Assembly: GCA_964016885.1 (NCBI GenBank)
Contig: OZ024741.1
Span: forward strand, 25,048,001-25,112,000
DNA: 64,000 nt
Source of the DNA: Eledone cirrhosa
Lineage: Eukaryota
Direction: 5' to 3'
This document shows positions 44,101 to 55,600 of this stretch, piece by piece. A model generated the notes under the pieces. That model was not told where the DNA came from. It did no database searches and saw only the letters and a list, made by a program, of their open reading frames with translations. The first letter of the stretch is position 1, and each line of letters opens with the position of its first letter. The translations under genes and the position numbers were made by a program.

Positions 44101-44623
44101 CCAGGTCAAATCGACCGATTAACCCTTTGAGGCTATTACACCCCTCTCTATCGGGGCAGGCCCCTACGTAGTCCCAGCGTGCATCTAGGATACCATTCCA
44201 GTCCCCCACTAATAGCAAGGAGCGGGACGTCCCTAGAAAAGTCTCCAGACGATGGAAGAAGTCCGGCCGCATTGACCCGAAAGGGCCGTAGGCGGCTACC
44301 AACCTAAACGCTCCGCCTTTACCACTGCCAAGGTCCAGAACCACTAGTCGACCCTCCGGGTCCAAATGTACCATCTGTGTTGCGAGACCCAGATGTTTTT
44401 GCAGCAGAACGACAACTCCACCCCCACCTCCGGGCTGACAGAGAGATGCGTGCATCTCAAAGTCATCAAAGGTGGGGGCCAGCTGTCGCACGTTGCTGAT
44501 CCGGGCCTCGCAAATAACCATCACATCTATACGTTGTGACCTGAGGTCATTTAGAAGCATTGCTTGCTTCCAAGTTGAGCCCAGGCCACGCGCATTTAAA
44601 CAGCCTACTCTTAGCATAGCCAT
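41186..44623 (-). pseudogene. LINE ORF2 polyprotein (APE endonuclease, reverse transcriptase, C-terminal CCHC), about 1,145 aa, broken by one in-frame TGA at 42431-42433
   Basis: Track ORFs 42431..44647 and 41186..42418 are in the same frame. EN motifs: CLNARGL, LVGDWN, YLDRFL, SDHK. RT motifs: FRPITLLN, LDQSKAFDRV, RQGCPLS, YADD, KLLGV. Zn motif: CPRC...H...C. First ATG at 44623 in an ACCAACATGG context. Copy 2 has TGG at the stop position. Confidence 0.93.
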
Positions 44624-44647
44624 GTTGGTGGTGAAGAGAAAAGGCAC

Positions 44648-46426
44648 TTACCTCTCTGCGTCCCGGGTATCGGGCTGCACAATTTCCATTAGGGTGGGGG
44701 ATGGGTTGTTGGGTGGGGTGGTGGTTTGTGGAAGTGTGGGGGCATCAGTGTGTTGTGTGGTTGGGGAGCTTGGAGTTGTGAGGGTGTTTGGGGAGGGGGT
44801 GGGATAGTTTTTTAGGAGGACGCGGTTAATGGGCCCGACGCAGGGGGGACCCACGTCCTCTTTAAAATTGTTTTTTAAAGTTTTATAGGTGTCCTGTGGG
44901 GCCTTAATCATTTTGAGGTGGGGGAAATCCCCTGCCTGGGTGAAGTTAGGCCCTTGTGTTTTTATTAGATTGTTGTTGTACACAATGTTTAACAGTTTTT
45001 TGTTTCTTGTATTTATGTATGTGTATGCATGTTTTTGTTTTTGTGTGGTGTTTTTTGTTTGCTGTTGTGAGCTCTTTTGTGTTGGTGTCAGTGTTATGTT
45101 TTGGGGAGGGTTTTTTTTCATTTGTGTGTCTGAGGTGTGTTTTCTTTTTTTTCTTTTGATTGTGTGGAAGTGCTCCTCCTCGTCTGACGACGAACTAGGG
45201 TCATCTTCCGCGTTGGAGGGGAGGGGTATATTTTCGGGTTGTGTTTGCGGTACGGGTGTTTTGGAAATTGTTTTTGTTTTTTGAGTGGAGGGGATGGGTT
45301 GGACATTGTTTTGTTTTGGTTTGAGCTGTGGTGGTTGTTTTTGTAGTGGTAGTTGTGGTGATTGTGTTGGTTGTGCAGCTGTTGGTGGTGTAGGCAGGAT
45401 TGGGGTTTTCTTATTAAGTTGGGGACAGACAGCCCTCAGGTGACCTCTGGTTCCGCAGAGGTAACACGAGGGCCGTCTACCCTCAACGGTAATGTTGATG
45501 AAGGTTAGATCATCCAGTATGACGCGTTCAGGGATCTGGGCGATCCTTTCGGGCCTCATTTGAACTACAAGTTCGAGGCTCGTTCCACTGAACGCGTCAC
45601 CCGATGCCTTTCCCATGGACACCAGCATGTCATCCTCCAGGTCCAGAAAACCTGTCAAAACCCACCATATGTCCATAATCGGCAGGATGGTGTGGATTTT
45701 TATTTTTTGTGTTCTTCTACCCATGTACGTAGGGTAGAAGGTGTATGCGGTGGATGTGATTGGTTTGATGGACAGTTTCACTGCTGTGTCCCTGTCCTTC
45801 ATGAGAATGGATAGACTCCCGTAGAGTCTATCCTTCTGAATGAAGGTGATGTCCTTCATGACGTCTTTTAAAACCAGCTCTATCTCGCTCTGTGATGGTT
45901 GAGCTGGTTTTTTACTTTTGTTCGAGATTGTCCTAAACATGACCGTGTTTAGGAGTCTCTGGCTTTTTAGTTCCGGGGGGGAATGGATTGTGAATGAACC
46001 ATTTTCCCCGTACACTATATATTTTTTCGCATCCGCCAGTAGCTCCTTCGCTTTTGTTATATCTACTGGCAGATAGTCGAGGGTTTTCCTTGTCGTCTCG
46101 GCGAAGGAGAAATTTTGTTTGTTTGTGTTGTTGTTGTCGTTGGTGGTGTTGTTGTTATCATTGTTGTTGTTGTCACCGTTATTGGTCTTGTTGTTGTTAT
46201 TGTTATTGGTGTTGTTTTCGTCCGTCGCATTGTTGTTGTTGCTGTTGCCGCTGGTTCTTTGAGTTGTTGCCATGGCAACGTCAAGTTGTCGGTTAACAGG
46301 TGGAGAGAATTCTTCCTCTGGCTGACCTTTCTTCTTGACCTCTGCTACTGTGACAGTGGCAGGGGGAAGCTGTAAGTTCATCTTCCCCTTTCCTCCTTCG
46401 AATTTTGGTGAAGAAGCTTCGGCCAT
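44648..46426 (-). CDS. LINE ORF1 gag-like nucleic-acid-binding protein, 592 aa
   Basis: Uninterrupted ATG-to-TAA ORF upstream of ORF2. It has a CX2CX4HX4C knuckle (CYLCGTRGHLRAVC), a basic NLS-like KRKKRK after an acidic/Ser patch, an Asn-rich N-terminus and a Pro/Gln/Thr-rich C-terminus. Confidence 0.9.
   Translation of the reverse strand: MAEASSPKFEGGKGKMNLQLPPATVTVAEVKKKGQPEEEFSPPVNRQLDVAMATTQRTSGNSNNNNATDENNTNNNNNNKTNNGDNNNNDNNNTTNDNNNTNKQNFSFAETTRKTLDYLPVDITKAKELLADAKKYIVYGENGSFTIHSPPELKSQRLLNTVMFRTISNKSKKPAQPSQSEIELVLKDVMKDITFIQKDRLYGSLSILMKDRDTAVKLSIKPITSTAYTFYPTYMGRRTQKIKIHTILPIMDIWWVLTGFLDLEDDMLVSMGKASGDAFSGTSLELVVQMRPERIAQIPERVILDDLTFINITVEGRRPSCYLCGTRGHLRAVCPQLNKKTPILPTPPTAAQPTQSPQLPLQKQPPQLKPKQNNVQPIPSTQKTKTISKTPVPQTQPENIPLPSNAEDDPSSSSDEEEHFHTIKRKKRKHTSDTQMKKNPPQNITLTPTQKSSQQQTKNTTQKQKHAYTYINTRNKKLLNIVYNNNLIKTQGPNFTQAGDFPHLKMIKAPQDTYKTLKNNFKEDVGPPCVGPINRVLLKNYPTPSPNTLTTPSSPTTQHTDAPTLPQTTTPPNNPSPTLMEIVQPDTRDAER
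46126..46240 (-). repeat. Degenerate (AAC)n trinucleotide tract encoding poly-Asn/Thr in ORF1
   Basis: Plus strand shows TTG/GTT runs; translation NSNNNNATDENNTNNNNNNKTNNGDNNNNDNNNTTNDNNNTN. Confidence 0.85.
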
Positions 46427-46640
46427 TTAAAAAAATATTGACTTTTCAACAAGAAAAAACTTTTTTTTTGTTTAACTATTTCGCCTAAAGGCGTAGAATA
46501 TTTTGAGAGACTGACCAGATCAAAGTTTGACCTGGCAGTCCCTCTACAAAATGGTACAAAAATTAAAGTTATCAGACAAGAATTTCTATAGAAATTTAAA
46601 CAGAACTTACTCAGCAGGTTATACGCGTGTGTCCATCCCA
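46427..46640 (-). promoter_or_regulatory. 5'UTR of LINE copy 1; putative internal promoter region
   Basis: Non-satellite, non-coding sequence upstream of the ORF1 ATG, containing inverted repeats. Promoter function is inferred only from general LINE biology. Confidence 0.55.
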
Positions 46641-46642
46641 GA

Positions 46643-46658
46643 GATAGATAGATAGATA
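46643..46658. repeat. (GATA)4 microsatellite at the 5' junction of LINE copy 1
   Basis: ...CATCCCAGA GATA GATA GATA GATA TACAGTATCTTTT... read directly. Confidence 0.95.
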
Positions 46659-49600
46659 TACAGTATCTTTTATTAGAAATGTGGTAATAAAAGGGTTAAA
46701 CAACATAGACAGTGTCTTTTATTAGAAATATGTTAATGAAAGGGTTAAACAACATAGACAGTGTCTTTTATTAGAAATATGGTAATGAAAGGGTTAAACA
46801 ACTTAGACAGTGTCTTTTATTAAAAATATGGTAATGAAAGGGTTAAACAACATAGATAGTGTCTTTCATTAGAAATATGGTAATGAAAGGGTTAAACAAC
46901 ATAGGCAATGTCTTCTATTAGAAATATGATAATGAAAGGGTTAAATAACATAGACAGTTTCGTTTATTAGAAATATGGTAATGAAAGGGTTAAACAACAT
47001 AGACAGTGTCTTTTATTACAAATATGGTAATGAAAGGGTTGAACAACATAGACAGTGTCTTTTATTAGAAATATGGTAATGAAAGTGTTAAACAACATAG
47101 ACAGTGTCTTTTATTAGAAATATGGTAATGAAAGTGTTAAACAACATAGACAGTGTCTTTTATTAGAAATGTGGTAATGAAAGTGTTAAACAAAATAGAC
47201 AGTGTCTTTTATTAGAAATATGGTAATGAAAGGGTTTAGCAACATATACAGTATCTTTTATTAGAAATGTGGTAATGAAAGGGTTAAACAACATAGACAG
47301 TGTCTTTTATTAGAAATATGTTAATGAAAGGGTTAAACAACATAGACAGTGTCTTTTATTAGAAATATGATAATGAAAGGGTTAAACAACATAGATAGTG
47401 TCTTTCATTAGAAATATGGTAATGAAAGGGTTAAACAACATAGGCAATGTCTTCTATTAGAAATATGTTAATGAAAGGGTTAAACAACATAGACAGTTTC
47501 GTTTATTAGAAATATGGTAATGAAAGGGTTAAACAACATAGACAGTGTCTTTTATTAGAAATAGGGTAATGAAAGGGTTAAACAACATAGTGTCTTCTAT
47601 TAGAAATATGATAATGAAAGGGTTAAACAACATAGACAGTGTCTTTTATTAGAAATATGGTAATGAAAGGGTTAAACAACATAGACAGTGTGTTTTATTA
47701 GAAATATGATAATGAAAGTGTTAAACAACATAGATAGTGTCTTTTATTAGAAATATGGTACTGAAAGGGTTAAACAACATAGATAGTGTCTTTTATTAGA
47801 AATATGGTAATGAAAGGGTTAAACAACATAGACAGTATCTTTTATTAGAAATGTGGTAATAAAAGGGTTAAACAACATAGACAGTGTCTTTTTTTAGAAA
47901 TATGGTAATGAAAGGGTTAAACAACATAGACAGTGTCTTTTATTAGAAATATGGTAATGAAAGGGTTTAACAACATATACAGTATCTTTTATTAGAAATG
48001 TGGTAATGAAAGGGTTAAACAACATAGACAGTGTCTTTTATTAGAAATATGTTAATGAAAGGGTTAAACAACATAGACAGTGTCTTTTATTAGAAATATG
48101 ATAATGAAAGGGTTAAACAACATAGATAGTGTCTTTCATTAGAAATATGGTAATGAAAGGGTTAAACAACATAGGCAATGTCTTCTATTAGAAATATGAT
48201 AATGAAAGGGTTAAATAACATAGACAGTTTCGTTTATTAGAAATATGGTAATGAAAGGGTTAAACAACATAGACAGTGTTTTTTATTAGAAATATGGTAA
48301 TGAAAGGGTTGAAAAACATAGACAGTGTCTTTTATTAGAAATATGGTAATGAAAGGGTTAAACAACATAGACAGTGTCTTTTATTAGAAATATGGTAATG
48401 AAAGTGTTAAACAACATAGACAGTGTCTTTTATTAGAAATGTGGTAATGAAAGTGTTAAACAAAATAGACAGTGTCTTTTATTAGAAATGTGGTAATGAA
48501 AGGGTTAAACAACATAGACAGTCTCTTACATTAGAAATATGGTAATGAAAGGGTTAAACAACATAGACAGTGTCTTTTATTAGAAATATGGTAATGCAAG
48601 CGTTAAACAACATAGACAGTGTCTTTTATTAGAAATATGGTAATGAAAGGGTTAAACAACATAGACAGTGTCTTTTATTAGAAATATGGTAATGAAAGGG
48701 TTTAACAACATATACAGTATCTTTTATTAGAAATGTGGTAATGAAAGGGTTAAACAACATAGACAGTGTCTTTTATTAGAAATATGTTAATGAAAGGTTT
48801 AAACAACATAGACAGTGTCTTTTATTAGAAATATGATAATGAAAGGGTTAAACAACATAGATAGTGTCTTTCATTAGAAATATGGTAATGAAAGGGTTAA
48901 ACAACATAGACAGTGTTTTTTATTAGAAATATGGTAATGAAAGTGTTAAACAACATAGACAGTATCTTTTATTAGAAATATGATAATGAAAGGGTTAAGT
49001 AACATAGACAGTGTGTTTTATTAGAAATATGGTAATGAAAGGGTTAAACAACATAGACAGTCTCTTACATTAGAAATATGGTAATGAAAGGGTTAAACAA
49101 CATAGACAGTATCTTTTATTAGAAATGTGCTAATGAAAGGGTTAAACAACATAGACAGTGTCTTTTTTTAGAAATATGGTAATGAAAGGATTAAACAACA
49201 TAGACAGTGTCTTTTATTAGAAATATGGTAATGAAAGGGTTTAACAACATAAACAGTGTGTATTATTAGAAATGTGGTAATGAAAGGGTTAAACAACTTA
49301 GACAGTGTCTTTTATTAGAAATATAGTAATGAAAGGGTTAAACAACTTAGACAGTGTCTTTTATTAGAAATATGGTAATGAAAGGCTTACACAACATAGA
49401 CAGTGTCTTTTATTAGAAATATGGTAATGAAAGGGTTAAACAACATAGACAGTGTCTTTTATTAGAAATATGGTAATGAAAGGTTTAAACAACATAGACA
49501 GTGTCTTTTATTAGAAATATGATAATGAAAGGGTTAAATAACATAGACAGTTTCGTTTATTAGAAATATGGTAATGAAAGGGTTAAACAAAATAGACAGT

Positions 49601-52600
49601 GTCTTTTATTAGAAATGTGGTAATGAAAGGGTTAAACAACATAGACAGTCTCTTACATTAGAAATATGGTAATGAAAGGGTTAAACAACATAGACAGTGT
49701 CTTTTATTAGAAATATGGTAATGCAAGCGTTAAACAACATAGACAGTGTCTTTTATTAGAAATATGGTAATGAAAGGGTTAAACAAGATAGACAGTGTCT
49801 TTTATTAGAAATATGGTAATGAAAGGGTTTAACAACATATACAGTATCTTTTATTAGAAATGTGGTAATGAAAGGGTTAAACAACATAGACAGTGTCTTT
49901 TATTAGAAATATGTTAATGAAATGGTTAAACAACATAGACAGTGTCTTTTATTAGAAATATGATAATGAAAGGGTTAAACAACATAGATAGTGTCTTTCA
50001 TTAGAAATATGGTAATGAAAGGGTTAAACAACATAGGCAATGTCTTCTATTAGAAATATGATAATGAAAGGGTTAAACAACATAGACAGTTTCGTTTATT
50101 ACAAATATGGTAATGAAAGGGTTAAACAACATAGACAGTGTCTTTTATTAGAAATATGGTAATGAAAGTGTTAAACAACATAGACAGTATCTTTTATTAG
50201 ATATGTGGTAATGAAAGGGTTAAACAACATAGACAGTGTCTTTTTTTAGAAATATGGTAATGAAAGGATTAAACAACATAGACAGTGTCTTTTATTAGAA
50301 ATATGGTAATGAAAGGGTTTAACAACATAAACAGTATCTTTTATTAGAAATATGATAATGAAAGGGTTAAGTAACATAGACAGTGTGTTTTATTAGAAAT
50401 ATGGTAATGAAAGGGTTAAACAACATAGACAGTCTCTTACATTAGAAATATGGTAATGAAAGGGTTAAACAACATAGACAGTATCTTTTATTAGAAATGT
50501 GGTAATGAAAGGGTTAAACAACATAGACAGTGTCTTTTATTAGAAATATGGTAATGAAAGGGTTAAACAACTTAGACAGTGTCTTTTATTAGAAATATGG
50601 TAATGAAAGGGTTACACAACATAGACAGTGTCTTTTATTAGAAATATGGTAATGAAAGGGTTACACAACATAGACAGTGTCTTTTATTAGAAATATGGTA
50701 ATGAAAGGGTTAAACAACATAGACAGTGTCTTTTATTAGAAATATAGTAATGAAAGGGTTAAACAACATAGACAGTGTCTTTTATTAGAAATATGATAAT
50801 GAAAGGGTTAAACAACATAGACAGTGTCTTTTATTAGAAATATGGTAATGAAAGGGTTAAACAACATAGATAGTGTTTTTTATTAGAAATATAGTAATGA
50901 AAGGGTTAAACAACATAGACAGTGTCTTTTATTAGAAATATGGTAATGAAAGGGTTAAACAACATAGACAGTGTCTTTTATTAGAAATATGGTAATGAAA
51001 GGGTTAAACAACATAGACAGTTTCTTTTATTAGAAATATGGTAATGAAAGGGTTAAACAACATAGACAGTGTCTTTTATTAGAAATATGATAATGAAAGG
51101 GTTAAACAACATAGACAGTGTCTTTTATTAGAAATATGGTAATGAAAGGGTTAAACAACATAGACAGTGTCTTTTATTAGAAATATGGTAATGAAAGGGT
51201 TAAACAACATAGACAGTGTCTTTTATTAGAAATATGGTAATGAAAGGGTTAAACAACATAGACAGTGTCTTTTATTAGAAATATGGTAATGAAAGGGTTA
51301 AACAACATAGACAGTGTCTTTTATTAGAAATATGGTAATGAAAGGGTTAAACAACATAGACAGTGTCTTTTATTAGAAATATGGTAATGAAAGGGTTAAA
51401 CAACATAGACAGTGTCTTTTATTAGAAATAGGGTAATGAAAGGGTTAAACAACATAGACAGGGTTTTTTATTAGAAATATGATAATGAAAGGGTTAAACA
51501 ACATAGACAGTGTCTTTTATTAGAAATATGGTAATGAAAGGATTAAACAACATAGACAGTGTCTTTTATTAGAAATATGGTAATGAAAGGGTTAAACAAC
51601 ATAGACAGTGTCTTTTATTAGAAATATGGTAATGAAAGAGTTAAACAACATAGACAGTGTCTTTTATTAGAAATATGGTAATGAAAGGGTTAAACAACAT
51701 AGATAGTGTCTTTTATTAGAAATATGGTAATGAAAGGGTTAAACAACATAGACAGTGTCTTTTATTAGAAATATGGTAATGAGAGGTTTAAACAACATAG
51801 ACAGTGTCTTTTATTAGAAATATGGTAATGAAAGGGTTAAACAACATAGACAGTGTCTTTTATTAGAAATATGGTAATGAAAGGGTTAAACAACATAGAC
51901 AGTGTCTTTTATTAGAAATATGATAATGAAAGGGTTAAACAACATAGACAGTGTCTTTTATTAGAAATATGGTAATGAAAGGGTTAAACAACATAGATAG
52001 TGTTTTTTATTAGAAATATAGTAATGAAAGGGTTAAACAACATAGACAGTGTCTTTTATTAGAAATATGGTAATGAAAGGGTTAAACAACATAGACAGTG
52101 TCTTTTATTTGAAATATGGTAATGAAAGGGTTAAACAACATAGACAGTGTCTTTTATTAGAAATATGGTAATGAAAGGGTTAAACAACATAGACAGTGTC
52201 TTTTATTAGAAATATGATAATGAAAGGGTTAAACAACATAGACAGTGTCTTTTATTAGAAATATGGTAATGAAAGGGTTAAACAACATAGACAGTGTCTT
52301 TTATTAGAAATATGATAATGAAAGGGTTAAACAACATAGACAGTGTCTTTTATTAGAAATATGGTAATGAAAGGGTTAAACAACATAGACAGTGTCTTTT
52401 ATTAGAAATATGGTAATGAAAGGGTTAAACAACATAGACAGTGTCTTTTATTAGAAATATGGTAATGAAAGGGTTAAACAACATACTGTCTTTTATTAGA
52501 AATATGATAATGAAAGGGTTAAACAACATAGACAGTGTCTTTTATTAGAAATATGGTAATGAAAGGGTTAAACAACATAGACAGTGTCTTTTATTAGAAA

Positions 52601-55600
52601 TATGGTAATGAAAGGGTTAAACAACATAGACAGTGTCTTTTATTAGAAATATGGTAATGAAAGGGTTAAACAACATAGACAGTGTCTTTTATTAGAAATA
52701 TGATAATGAAAGGGTTAAACAACATAGACAGTGTCTTTTATTAGAAATATGGTAATGAAAGGGTTAAACAACATAGACAGTGTCTTTTATTAGAAATATG
52801 GTAATGAAAGGGTTAAACAACATAGACAGTGTCTTTTATTAGAAATATGGTAATGAAAGGGTTAAACAACATAGACAGTGTCTTTTATTAGAAATATGGT
52901 AATGAAAGGGTTAAACAACATACTGTCTTTTATTAGAAATATGATAATGAAAGGATTACACAACATAGACAGTGTCTTTTATTAGATATAGGGTAATGAA
53001 AGTGTTAAACAACATAGACAGTGTTTTTTATTAGAAATATGGTAATGAAAGGGTTAAACAACATAGACAGTGTCTTTTATTAGAAATATGGTAATGAAAG
53101 GATTACACAACATATACAGTATCTTTTATTAGAAATATGGTAATGAAAGGGTTAAACAACATAGACAGTGTCTTTTATTAGAAATATGGTAATGAAAGTG
53201 TTAAACAACATAGACAGTGTGTTCTATTAGAAATATGGTAATGAAAGGGTTAAACAACATAGACAGTGTCTTTTATTAGATATAGGGTAATGAAAGTGTT
53301 AAACAACATAGACAGTGTCTTTTATTAGAAATATGGTAATGAAAGTGTTAAACAACATAGGCAGTGTCTTTTATTAGAAATATGATAATGAAAGGGTTAA
53401 ACAACATAGACAGTATCTTTTATTAGAAATATGGTAATGAAAGGGTTAAACAACATAGACAGTGTCTTTTATTAGAAATATGGTAATGAAAGGGTTAAAC
53501 AACATAGATAGTGTCTTTTATTAGAAATATGGTAATGAAAGGGTTAAACAACATAGATAGTGTCTTTTATTAGAAATATGGTAATGAAAGGGTTAAACAA
53601 CATAGACAGTGTCTTTTATTAGAAACATGGTAATGAAAGGGTTAAACAACATAGATAGTGTCTTTTATTAGAAATATAGTAATGAAAGGGTTAAACAACA
53701 CAGACAGTGTCTTTTATTAGAAATATGGTAATGAAAGGGTTAAACAACATAGATAGTGTCTTTTATTAGAAATATGGTAATGAAAGGGTTAAACAACATA
53801 GACAGGGTTTTTTATTAGAAATATGATAATGAAAGGGTTAAACAACATAGACAGTGTCTTTTATTAGAAATATGGTAATGAAAGGATTAAACAACATAGA
53901 CAGTGTCTTTTATTAGAAATATGGTAATGAAAGGGTTAAACAACATAGACAGTGTCTTTTATTAGAAATATGGTAATGAAAGGGTTAAACAACATAGATA
54001 GTGTCTTTTATTAGAAATAGGGTAATGAAAGGGTTAAACAACATAGTGTCTTCTATTAGAAATATGATAATGAAAGGGTTAAACAACATAGACAGTGTCA
54101 TTTATTAGAAATATGATAATGAAAGGGTTAAACAACATAGACAGTGTCTTTTATTAGAAATAGGGTAATGAAAGGGCTAAACAACATAGACAGGGTTTTT
54201 TATTAGAAATATGATAATGAAAGGGTTAAACAACATAGACAGTGTCTTTTATTAGAAATATGGTAATGAAAGGGTTAAACAACATAGACAGGGTTTTTTA
54301 TTAGAAATATGGTAATGAAAGGGTTAAACAACATAGACAGTGTCTTTTATTAGATATAGGGTAATGAAAGTGTTAAACAACATAGACAGTGTCTTTTATT
54401 AGAAATATGGTAATGAAAGTGTTAAACAACATAGGCAGTGTCTTTTATTAGAAATATGATAATGAAAGGGTTAAACAACATAGACAGTATCTTTTATTAG
54501 AAATATGGTAATGAAAGGGTTAAACAACATAGACAGTGTCTTTTATTAGAAATATGGTAATGAAAGGGTTAAACAACATAGATAGTGTCTTTTATTAGAA
54601 ATATGGTAATGAAAGGGTTAAACAACATAGACAGTGTCTTTTATTAGAAATATGGTAATGAAAGGGTTAAACAACATAGATAGTGTCTTTTATTAGAAAT
54701 ATAGTAATGAAAGGGTTAAACAACACAGACAGTGTCTTTTATTAGAAATATGGTAATGAAAGGGTTAAACAACATAGATAGTGTCTTTTATTAGAAATAT
54801 GGTAATGAAAGGGTTAAACAACATAGACAGGGTTTTTTATTAGAAATATGATAATGAAAGGGTTAAACAACATAGACAGTGTCTTTTATTAGAAATATGG
54901 TAATGAAAGGATTAAACAACATAGACAGTGTCTTTTATTAGAAATATGGTAATGAAAGGGTTAAACAACATAGACAGTGTCTTTTATTACAAATATGGTA
55001 ATGAAAGGGTTAAACAACATAGATAGTGTCTTTTATTAGAAATAGGGTAATGAAAGGGTTAAACAACATAGTGTCTTCTATTAGAAATATGATAATGAAA
55101 GGGTTAAACAACATAGACAGTGTCATTTATTAGAAATATGATAATGAAAGGGTTAAACAACATAGACAGTGTCTTTTATTAGAAATAGGGTAATGAAAGG
55201 GCTAAACAACATAGACAGGGTTTTTTATTAGAAATATGATAATGAAAGGGTTAAACAACATAGACAGTGTCTTTTATTAGAAATATGGTAATGAAAGGGT
55301 TAAACAACATAGACAGGGTTTTTTATTAGAAATATGGTAATGAAAGGGTTAAACAACAAATATGGTAATGAAAAGTTTAAACAACATAGACAGTGTCTTT
55401 TATTAGAAATATGATAATGAAAGGGTTAAACAACATAGACAGTGTGTTTTATTAGATATGTGGTAATGAAAGGGTTAAACAACATAGACAGTGTGTTTTA
55501 TTAAAAATATGGTAATGAAAGGGTTAAACAACATAGACAGTATCTTTTATTAGAAATATGGTAATGAAAGGGTTCAACAACATAGACAGTGTCTTTTATT

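Larger units (their letters stand above)
40922..46640 (-). mobile_element. Full-length non-LTR retrotransposon (LINE, L1 group, Tx1-like), copy 1
   Basis: 5'UTR, ORF1 (CCHC), ORF2 (APE-RT-CCHC) and 264-bp 3'UTR, with no LTRs. The GPGYWKLN motif after the endonuclease, plus KSPGLDGL, RQGCPLS, YADD and GGLG, are typical of L1/Tx1 ORF2. The clade call is from motifs, not from a tree. The 5' end is uncertain by a few bp. Confidence 0.93.

Noticed and set aside
41186-44647. Prokaryotic RT system (retron, group II intron, DGR) or LTR element
   Set aside because: APE plus RT plus CCHC with a gag-like ORF1, 5' truncation and a TSD are diagnostic of a eukaryotic LINE. No LTRs, integrase or protease are present.
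41267-46375. Many 60-130 aa plus-strand or alternative-frame ORFs inside the LINE (and 57109-58878)
   Set aside because: Antisense or off-frame shadows of ORF1 and ORF2. The Cys/Val/Phe-rich ones simply mirror low-complexity tracts.
46625-46640. DPE-like GGACA motif near the element's 5' end
   Set aside because: Too short and degenerate to support without a mapped transcription start site.
46652-46658. 7-bp TSD ATAGATA for copy 1 (matching 40915-40921)
   Set aside because: It is part of the (GATA)4 run. Excision would give a monomer 4 bp too long with mismatched neighbours, so it is not accepted as a clean TSD.
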